From the NCBI GenBank assembly GCA_029260985.1, contig JAJDCE010000061.1:1-36855 (forward strand): a stretch of DNA of 36,855 bases, written 5' to 3'. Of the stretch, positions 31,137-36,855 are shown piece by piece. The translations under genes were made by a program, and so were the position numbers. A model generated the notes under the pieces. That model saw only the letters and a program-made list of their open reading frames with translations, searched no databases and was not told the DNA's origin. This stretch comes from Patescibacteria group bacterium. Lineage in GTDB: Bacteria > Patescibacteriota > Gracilibacteria > UM-FILTER-43-11. Each line of letters opens with the position of its first letter. The first letter of the stretch is position 1.

Positions 31137-31892
31137 ATGGAATCAAAAAACCCTTCAGTAGCCTTCGCTACATCCATCAATTGTGCCTTTAATCAAACAT
31201 TGATATTATTAAATCAACTTAATCAACGAATCATGTCAAATAGTCAGCCAATGATCTTAAGGGACATCAACATATATGAAGGAATCCCTGAAAGGAGCTT
31301 TTGTAAACTAGCCCCCAATTCCTTTGAAGATAATTTTTCGAAAGGCTCACAGCTATACACTCCTCATAAAGACGATGGAAAAATCTATGTCATACACAGA
31401 GGTGAGGTAGTGCTTTATCATTCAAAAGATGGTAAACGGGCCATTTTTGATACTCTCGGACCCGGAACAGTGTTCGGCACCTTTGATCCAGCCAGCCCAA
31501 AACCCAATCATTTTGCGCAAACCACCAAAAACAGTTACTTATGTGTGACTCCAGTAGACGAATTTTTGAAAGTAATATCAGCACACCCTGAAGCCATGCT
31601 GAAATTCATGCAAAAAATGGCCAATCGAATCAATGATTATGAGGAAAAAATATCCACCAATATTGATACAGCTTCAGAAAAAATTTATCAGGAATTGAAC
31701 CGATTGAACAAAAAGCGAAGTAGTTTTATGGGAAAATTGATAAAAATCCCCCTTCAGATCACCCATGAGCAAATCGCTGAACGAACGAACCTAAACCGTG
31801 TCACCGTCACAAGATCTCTCAAGAAACTCAAAACAGATGGCTTGGTGAGTATTGAGGAAGGGACGGGAATCATCGACTTAAAACAGAATTGA
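31137..31892 (+). CDS. Crp/Fnr-family transcriptional regulator
   Basis: cNMP-binding beta-roll (IYVIHRGEVVLY...GPGTVFG) plus a C-terminal HTH (THEQIAERTNLNRVTVTRSLKKLKTDGLV). The Met at 31233 gives a more typical 219-aa product and a longer divergent promoter region. Confidence 0.8.
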   Translation: MESKNPSVAFATSINCAFNQTLILLNQLNQRIMSNSQPMILRDINIYEGIPERSFCKLAPNSFEDNFSKGSQLYTPHKDDGKIYVIHRGEVVLYHSKDGKRAIFDTLGPGTVFGTFDPASPKPNHFAQTTKNSYLCVTPVDEFLKVISAHPEAMLKFMQKMANRINDYEEKISTNIDTASEKIYQELNRLNKKRSSFMGKLIKIPLQITHEQIAERTNLNRVTVTRSLKKLKTDGLVSIEEGTGIIDLKQN

Positions 31893-31998
31893 TAGGCCCC
31901 ATCTTCCATCATTCTCAATGTCATCTCCGAGCCCCATCGGAGATCTATAGATTCCCGATCGGAGTCGAGAATGACAGAGGGGTTACATTTAGGAAAAG

Positions 31999-32027
31999 TT
32001 GAATCGTTATTGAGGTTAAGGTAAAAT
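31999..32027 (+). promoter_or_regulatory. promoter TTGAAT-N17-TAAAAT for the ferredoxin gene
   Basis: TTGAAT at 31999-32004 and TAAAAT at 32022-32027. The ATG at 32052 lies ~18 nt after the predicted TSS. Confidence 0.5.
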
Positions 32028-32051
32028 CGGATCAATGTAACCAAAAATAAG

Positions 32052-32318
32052 ATGTATAAGATAAAATTAAATGAGAAAGAATATGAAATTGACCCCAAAA
32101 GCGACGATCATCTGATGCAGCAACTCGTTGCACAAGGAGTTGAGATTGTCGCCGCCTGCGGCGGTGCCGGCATTTGCCAAACCTGCGCTTTTAAACCTGT
32201 TAAAGGTAAGTTTACTGCCCTTACAGAAACCGAAAAAATGATGGACTTACCCGACGGCCAACGCCTCTGCTGCCAAACCATGCCGGAAAGCGACGGAGAA
32301 ATCGAACTCGTTTACTAA
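32052..32318 (+). CDS. 2Fe-2S ferredoxin
   Basis: 88 aa with a C-x4-C-x2-C...C pattern (AACGGAGICQTCAF ... QRLCCQ). Confidence 0.8.
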   Translation: MYKIKLNEKEYEIDPKSDDHLMQQLVAQGVEIVAACGGAGICQTCAFKPVKGKFTALTETEKMMDLPDGQRLCCQTMPESDGEIELVY

Positions 32319-32320
32319 TA

Positions 32321-32398
32321 GAACTAAGGGCTAGGGATTAAGGACTAAGTTGCATTTTTTTAATAAGACCTAGTCCCTAGTCCTTAGTCCCTAGTCCC
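32321..32398. repeat. long imperfect hairpin built from inverted TAGTCCY heptamer arrays
   Basis: The left arm 32321-32349 (..ctaagggctagggattaaggactaag) is the inverted complement of the right arm 32371-32398 (tagtccc tagtcct tagtccc tagtccc). About 27 paired positions counting G-U, with a 21-nt loop. Confidence 0.85.
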
Positions 32399-32404
32399 AA
32401 TTGA

Positions 32405-33493
32405 ATGTTACCTAAAGTTATTTTAGTCGACATCATCGCCCCCGACACTACCCCGGAAGACAGCCTAGCCAGACTCACAGAGCTCGACCGGCTGGTTTCA
32501 ACGTACGGTGGTTTTGTGATCATCCGAAAGATTCAGCGCAGGCAGCTGCCCAACTACAAAACTTTTGTTGGAAAAGGGAAATTGGATGAAATCGAAGAAA
32601 CTGCTCTCAAGGAAAAGGTAGATTTTATCATCATCAACAATCTTCTAAAACCCGAACAGCTCTACAATTTAGAAAAACGATTCGAAAAAGCAGGAATAAA
32701 AGTATGGGATAAAATCGATCTCATTCTAGAGATCTTTGCCAAGCACGCCACCACAAAGGAGGCGAAACTCCAGATTGAACTCGCCAAACTGCGTCATCTG
32801 GGTCCGCGCATCGCCAAAATGGGTACGGAACTGATGAGGCAGGCGGGTGGAATCGGAACAAGAGGTAAAGGGGAAACCAATATTGAAATAATGAAACGGC
32901 ATATTAGGTCCCGTGAACAGCACATCAAAAAACAGCTCAAGAAAATTGAGAAAAACCAGGAAGGGCAGCGTAAAAAACGAAGAAACACAGGCTTTAAAAC
33001 CGCCGCCATCGTCGGCTACACCAATGCCGGCAAATCACAACTGCTCACGAGTCTCACCAACAAAAAAGTAAAAGTAAAAGATGAGCTGTTTGCAACCTTG
33101 GATAGCCGAATCGGGAAAGTTTATCTGCCCGAAAAAAACGCCTGCTGCCTGCTGAGCGATACCATTGGCTTCATCCGGAATCTTCCGCCCGAGCTTGTAG
33201 AAGCCTTCCACTCAACCCTGGCCGAAACCATTCACGCCGATCTAATTCTTCATGTTATCGATGCAGATGATTTAGACATGGAATGGAAAATTAAAGTGGT
33301 TGATGAAGTTTTAAAGAAACTAAACTGTGAAACTAAAAAAACCATCTATATTTTCAATAAAATAGACCTCTTAAAAGACGTACAAGTCGATGAGCTGGCT
33401 GAGGATTTTAAGAAGCTAAGCCCAGTATTTGTATCCGCTTCAGAAAAGAAAAATCTGAATGAATTAAAATCGAAACTTGCGCTACACCTTTAA
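32405..33493 (+). CDS. hflX: GTPase HflX
   Basis: HflX N-terminal domain with a coiled linker. G1 GYTNAGKS, G3 DTIGF, G4 NKID. Confidence 0.9.
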   Translation: MLPKVILVDIIAPDTTPEDSLARLTELDRLVSTYGGFVIIRKIQRRQLPNYKTFVGKGKLDEIEETALKEKVDFIIINNLLKPEQLYNLEKRFEKAGIKVWDKIDLILEIFAKHATTKEAKLQIELAKLRHLGPRIAKMGTELMRQAGGIGTRGKGETNIEIMKRHIRSREQHIKKQLKKIEKNQEGQRKKRRNTGFKTAAIVGYTNAGKSQLLTSLTNKKVKVKDELFATLDSRIGKVYLPEKNACCLLSDTIGFIRNLPPELVEAFHSTLAETIHADLILHVIDADDLDMEWKIKVVDEVLKKLNCETKKTIYIFNKIDLLKDVQVDELAEDFKKLSPVFVSASEKKNLNELKSKLALHL

Positions 33494-33495
33494 AT

Positions 33496-33518
33496 AACCC
33501 CAGCTCCGGAGGGTTTTT
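33496..33518. terminator. weak shared terminator between convergent genes (AACCC-N10-GGGTT-TTT)
   Basis: aacccc agctccgga gggttttt, between the hflX stop and the stop of the 96-aa ORF. Confidence 0.3.
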
Positions 33519-33807
33519 AATGCTCTTCTTCTGGATATTCTGTACAATCTAATAATGTTTGCATTGCCTTTTGCAAATCAACTCCCAAATCCTCATTAGT
33601 TTCTGCCTCTCTCCAATGTTTTTGTTCGTCTAAGCGTAGTCTGTGGGCGCTTGTTGCCATAAAAACGTTTTCTACTTCAGTTCTAAATAGACCGATAGAA
33701 TATAAACGTTTTTTAAACACACATTCAACTTTGAAGTCCGCACTGGGAAAATTTGTATGATTTTCATCATTTTCTAATGAAGCTAATGCTCCTGGTTCAG
33801 TTTCCAT
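33517..33807 (-). CDS. hypothetical 96-aa protein
   Basis: ORF with its own consensus promoter. No recognisable motif. Confidence 0.55.
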   Translation of the reverse strand: METEPGALASLENDENHTNFPSADFKVECVFKKRLYSIGLFRTEVENVFMATSAHRLRLDEQKHWREAETNEDLGVDLQKAMQTLLDCTEYPEEEH

Positions 33808-33837
33808 AGTTTTTAAATTAATAGATTAAGAGGGGCT

Positions 33838-33866
33838 ATTATATATTATATTAGTAATATTGTCAA
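33838..33866 (-). promoter_or_regulatory. promoter TTGACA-N17-TATAAT (exact consensus)
   Basis: Reverse complement of 33861-33866 is TTGACA and of 33838-33843 is TATAAT. Lies ~24 nt upstream of the ATG at 33807. Confidence 0.65.
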
Positions 33867-33990
33867 TATTATAGTTTCGTTATTTTCTACAATTCGGGCT
33901 AGTAAGAAGTTGCGTAGTATTAAAATATCTGCGAGCGCTAGCGAGTCAAACACTGCGCAATTTGGATGAGCGAGCGTTAAGAATAAAATA

Positions 33991-34512
33991 TCATAACAAT
34001 TTTTTTGCCCTAATGATAATCTTTTGAATATAATCGGCCTTTTCCTTCGTGTATTGTTTACGATTATCAGAATACTCTTTTTCTAACTGTTTCTTAAGTT
34101 CGCCATATTCATCTCTTGCGTCTTTGTGCTGTCTGAGATAATCGCGGAACAGTATGTGCTCAATCCAAAAGCCACTATTCTTTTTTGTGACATGTAGATA
34201 ATGTGTTCGATTATCCTCAGCCCCTTTAACAAAAAGACGTCTCTCAAATACACCTTGTTCACCTCTATCCTTGTACCCCATTTCACTTAATATTTTATAT
34301 ATTTCTTTTGCTTGCCTCATTTTAGAAAAACCAATCATTATATCGATTATCGGTTTTGCAGGCACATTTGGAATGGCGGTACTTCCTACATGCTCGATAT
34401 CTATTGTGTTATCAAGTGTAGCTGTAAGTAACTGTTTTTCTTTTTCAAACAGTTTCTCCCATCGAATATGGTCAGACGATAATTTAACAGTACCTCTTTT
34501 TAAGCCGATCAT
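33991..34512 (-). CDS. GrpB-family (UPF0157) nucleotidyltransferase-fold protein
   Basis: HVGSTAIPNVPAKPIIDIMI and RTHYLHV motifs. 173 aa. Confidence 0.85.
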   Translation of the reverse strand: MIGLKRGTVKLSSDHIRWEKLFEKEKQLLTATLDNTIDIEHVGSTAIPNVPAKPIIDIMIGFSKMRQAKEIYKILSEMGYKDRGEQGVFERRLFVKGAEDNRTHYLHVTKKNSGFWIEHILFRDYLRQHKDARDEYGELKKQLEKEYSDNRKQYTKEKADYIQKIIIRAKKLL

Positions 34513-34586
34513 AAAGATTGTTATGATATTTTATTTAGTGAGTGAATCTTATAGCCCGTGCTGTGTGATGATACTCTATAGGTTTT

Positions 34587-34615
34587 TTGAATTATCTTCA
34601 ATATTATGCTATAAT
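34587..34615 (+). promoter_or_regulatory. promoter TTGAAT-N17-TGcTATAAT (extended -10)
   Basis: TTGAAT at 34587-34592, TG at 34607-34608, TATAAT at 34610-34615. The ATG at 34634 lies ~12 nt after the predicted TSS. Confidence 0.6.
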
Positions 34616-34633
34616 GTCAAGAATATTATATTT

Positions 34634-35551
34634 ATGTCATTCGAAAAATCTGAAATTTCAATCGAGACACTTCCGGAGAACCATCTGGTTATGCAATTAA
34701 TTCACGAAAGGGAAGATCTTCGCTATATTTTAAAAGGTGGTACTATTGAAGTTGAACAGGCTAAACAGGGTGATGGTGTGAATGTTGTTCAAATTTACAC
34801 CATTGGTGATAAGAAATACGTTCATAAAGAATCTGAATTACCTCAGAATATTGTGAGTGAGAGAATTGGCACAAGTCTTTGTCGACAGGCTGGTATTAAT
34901 GCACCTGTAGTACAGTTTTCAGATGAAACAGGAATGCTCGAAACTTTTGTCGACGGAGTCCCTCTTAATTCTGAGACTTTGGATCAGGAGGAAGTTCGTG
35001 CGGGCTGCCATGATTTAGGTAAGGTTTTTAAAAAACTTCATTCCGTGAAGGCAGACGGCTTTGGTCTTTTCCGTAGCAAAAATCAAAATGAATACAATAC
35101 GTTAGCGGAGTATTATAGCCGCCTTAAAGAACGTAATCTTTCTCGGGCAATCAAATCCGACCTATTTTCTGAAGATCAAACTCAAAAAATAGCACGCATA
35201 TTTGATGGGTATATAGAGAGCTCAAGCGATCAACAGCCCGTTCTAACACATCAGGATATTGGATTGCAAAATGTACATGTGCAAAATGGTCGTGTGACTG
35301 GCTTGATTGATTTTGCTGATTGCCAAGGCAGTATTCCTGTCGCTGATTTTGCACGGCTCTATGTTCAACAGCGTTTACAACCAGAAAAGCCACCTTATTT
35401 CGATTGGGTTACGGAAAGTTATGGTGAAGTTAATTTTGAAGGACTAAAGCCCTTTGTAATAGTGATTTTGATTAAATATATCCTTTCCAATCCCCTAAAG
35501 ATTGATGTGAATAAGATGAAGCAAGTTCTCGATGAAATTTTAGAAAACTAA
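34634..35551 (+). CDS. aminoglycoside-phosphotransferase-fold (APH/choline-kinase-like) kinase
   Basis: Catalytic HQDIGLQNVHV (HxDxxxxN) and the metal-binding IDFADC motif. The ORF-track start at 34271 runs antisense through GrpB and across the promoter, so the Met at 34634 (MSFEKSEI..) is taken as the start. Confidence 0.8.
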   Translation: MSFEKSEISIETLPENHLVMQLIHEREDLRYILKGGTIEVEQAKQGDGVNVVQIYTIGDKKYVHKESELPQNIVSERIGTSLCRQAGINAPVVQFSDETGMLETFVDGVPLNSETLDQEEVRAGCHDLGKVFKKLHSVKADGFGLFRSKNQNEYNTLAEYYSRLKERNLSRAIKSDLFSEDQTQKIARIFDGYIESSSDQQPVLTHQDIGLQNVHVQNGRVTGLIDFADCQGSIPVADFARLYVQQRLQPEKPPYFDWVTESYGEVNFEGLKPFVIVILIKYILSNPLKIDVNKMKQVLDEILEN

Positions 35552-35600
35552 TTTACATATAGAGTAATTTCACACAACGTCTGCATGTCCGTAATTATAA

Positions 35601-36855
35601 TCAGATTTGCTGGATTTTAACCCACTCCTTTTCACTAAAATCAAACCTTAATTCGATAGTCTTATTATTGTTTTTAAAGCTGATATCAACGACATCTCCG
35701 ATATTGAAATCATAGGGAAATGTATGAGACGTTATTTCCCACCCATTATAAGAAGAGGTGTTAGCGCTGACATAAGCATCATCAAATTCTATAGTCGTGT
35801 AACCGTAAATATTGCTCGTATAATTTAAATTGATTAAAAGATTTTCAGATACTTCATCGGGCATCACACTAAATCCTGAGCTACCATCCGGATTAATAGC
35901 AAGTTCGTAAATAGTACAATTGTCATTATCAAGATACACACCGGAATCAATAAAGTATTTTAAACGAACACGGTCATTATTACACCCCTGAACGGTCGTA
36001 AATGTATATTCACCTCCATCATCGATCATAACATCGTATTTGGAACCAGAATATTCTTCGGGAACTGCCATGCCTGGATTATCAGTAGACACGGAGGATT
36101 CACCTGTTGTGAAGTCTTCCGTAAAATACATCTTGCCGTCTTTCACATAAACTCCAATCCCCACGTCAGTGAACTTAAGACAAGTTGCCAGAATCGTAGT
36201 GCGGTGATTATGACACTCATGAGGTTCGGGCATAAATATATTGGTATGAACGTCCTTCACGGCCTGATAAGGGCTTCGATATTTTGAAACGACCCCTTTT
36301 CCCACATTCTCCCCTGCCCTGCCGGGATAATTATAATATTTCTTTATTCTGTCCCAGGATTGACTGCCATCAGAACCCTGATGGCTCATATCACCTATAT
36401 TTTCAGCCATATCCTTTGCATGATCTCTGGCTGACATGGTCAGTTCCTTTTTCAATCTGAGCTCAGTCGTGACTCCATTATCTTTTCGTAATTTTAGAAG
36501 TAATAGAAAAGTCGAAAATTCCGCGCCAATCTCTTCCGTCCATACAGGATCATCCATATAATCGATCTGCATTATGCGCGCCACCATTTCCGCAACCTCA
36601 CCTCTGGTACGGTCATTTGACGGGTAAAAATAATTACCTGATTCTTCAAGAAAGTTTTTCTGTTTAGCGGATTCAAGATATGGCGCGTACCAAGCATCGA
36701 AAGGGGTGTCCTTAAACAGCGCTTTATTGGGAGTCCCCTGCTTTATCTCAAAAGCATTCAGAATGATTTTTAATGCCTCAACCCTATTCACATTCTGAGA
36801 GGGTTGATAGGTTCCATCTGGATACCCCTTCACCCAATCTTGATCGAGCGCATAA
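35601..36855 (-). CDS. SLH-domain / CAP (SCP, YkwD-like) domain secreted protein, N-terminus outside the window
   Basis: SLH repeats (VKGYPDGTYQPSQNVNRVEALKII; FKDTPFDAWYAPYLESAK...RGEVAEMVAR), then a CAP/YkwD-like core (ARDHAKDM...MSHQGSDGS...AGENVG...H..NI). The frame stays open to the window edge. Confidence 0.8.
   Translation of the reverse strand, partial: YALDQDWVKGYPDGTYQPSQNVNRVEALKIILNAFEIKQGTPNKALFKDTPFDAWYAPYLESAKQKNFLEESGNYFYPSNDRTRGEVAEMVARIMQIDYMDDPVWTEEIGAEFSTFLLLLKLRKDNGVTTELRLKKELTMSARDHAKDMAENIGDMSHQGSDGSQSWDRIKKYYNYPGRAGENVGKGVVSKYRSPYQAVKDVHTNIFMPEPHECHNHRTTILATCLKFTDVGIGVYVKDGKMYFTEDFTTGESSVSTDNPGMAVPEEYSGSKYDVMIDDGGEYTFTTVQGCNNDRVRLKYFIDSGVYLDNDNCTIYELAINPDGSSGFSVMPDEVSENLLINLNYTSNIYGYTTIEFDDAYVSANTSSYNGWEITSHTFPYDFNIGDVVDISFKNNNKTIELRFDFSEKEWVKIQQI

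Noticed and set aside
31754-32098. 114-aa minus-strand ORF spanning the Crp-family 3' end, the structured spacer and the ferredoxin 5' end.
   Set aside because: It overlaps two well-supported plus-strand genes and a promoter. Its sequence is low-complexity and hydrophobic with no motif.
34271-34633. The N-terminal 121 codons of ORF-track entry 34271-35551.
   Set aside because: This part runs antisense through the GrpB gene and across an extended -10 promoter. The kinase-fold homology begins after the Met at 34634.

Overview
This is a chromosomal window of about 40% G+C (estimated by eye). It uses the standard genetic code: TGA, TAA and TAG all end full-length homologs. It looks like an uncultivated, small-genome bacterium of the Patescibacteria/CPR type. 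That placement is inference only, drawn from a short divergent stand-alone 16S gene, VirB2/TrbC-like pilin-domain proteins, a sigma-region-4/HARE-HTH protein, patchy metabolism, and few Shine-Dalgarno sites.

Content:
- About 30 CDS. Recognisable ones are a DEAD-box helicase, queG, a minimal K+ channel, a CPA2 antiporter, an aroA-aroK fusion, a PHP phosphatase, xth, a thioredoxin-like protein, a Crp/Fnr regulator, a 2Fe-2S ferredoxin, hflX, GrpB and an APH-like kinase.
- Two SLH-domain wall proteins and three giant PKD-repeat surface proteins.
- One 16S rRNA gene with no 23S, 5S or spacer tRNA next to it.
- One tRNA-Ile(GAU), plus a tRNA-like duplicate that flanks a small GIY-YIG ORF.

Most interesting observations:
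1. An operon at 27745->20116 (minus strand). A VirB2-like pilin gene is followed by a 1330-aa protein whose N-terminus is a paralogous pilin domain fused to at least 9 PKD repeats, and then by a 1014-aa PKD protein with a long acidic cytoplasmic tail. No secretion machinery is visible.
2. Families of tandem heptanucleotide repeats (TAGTCCY, ATTTCWG, GCTTAMN, AATCTTN). They fill 5' leaders and intergenic hairpins. They also sit in frame inside queG and aroA, where exactly the units that would create in-frame stops carry point substitutions.
3. A GIY-YIG cassette bracketed by a 60/61-nt tRNA-Ile direct repeat, with a hairpin that shows a compensatory base-pair change.
4. A ~65% G+C, SD-bearing, extremely acidic ORF with a 180-nt leader, wedged against the 16S gene.
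5. A promoter-to-terminator ~130-nt candidate sRNA made of two homologous hairpins plus a CCUCCUU tract.
6. Many near-perfect TTGACA-N16/17-TATAAT promoters, one of which predicts a leaderless mRNA.
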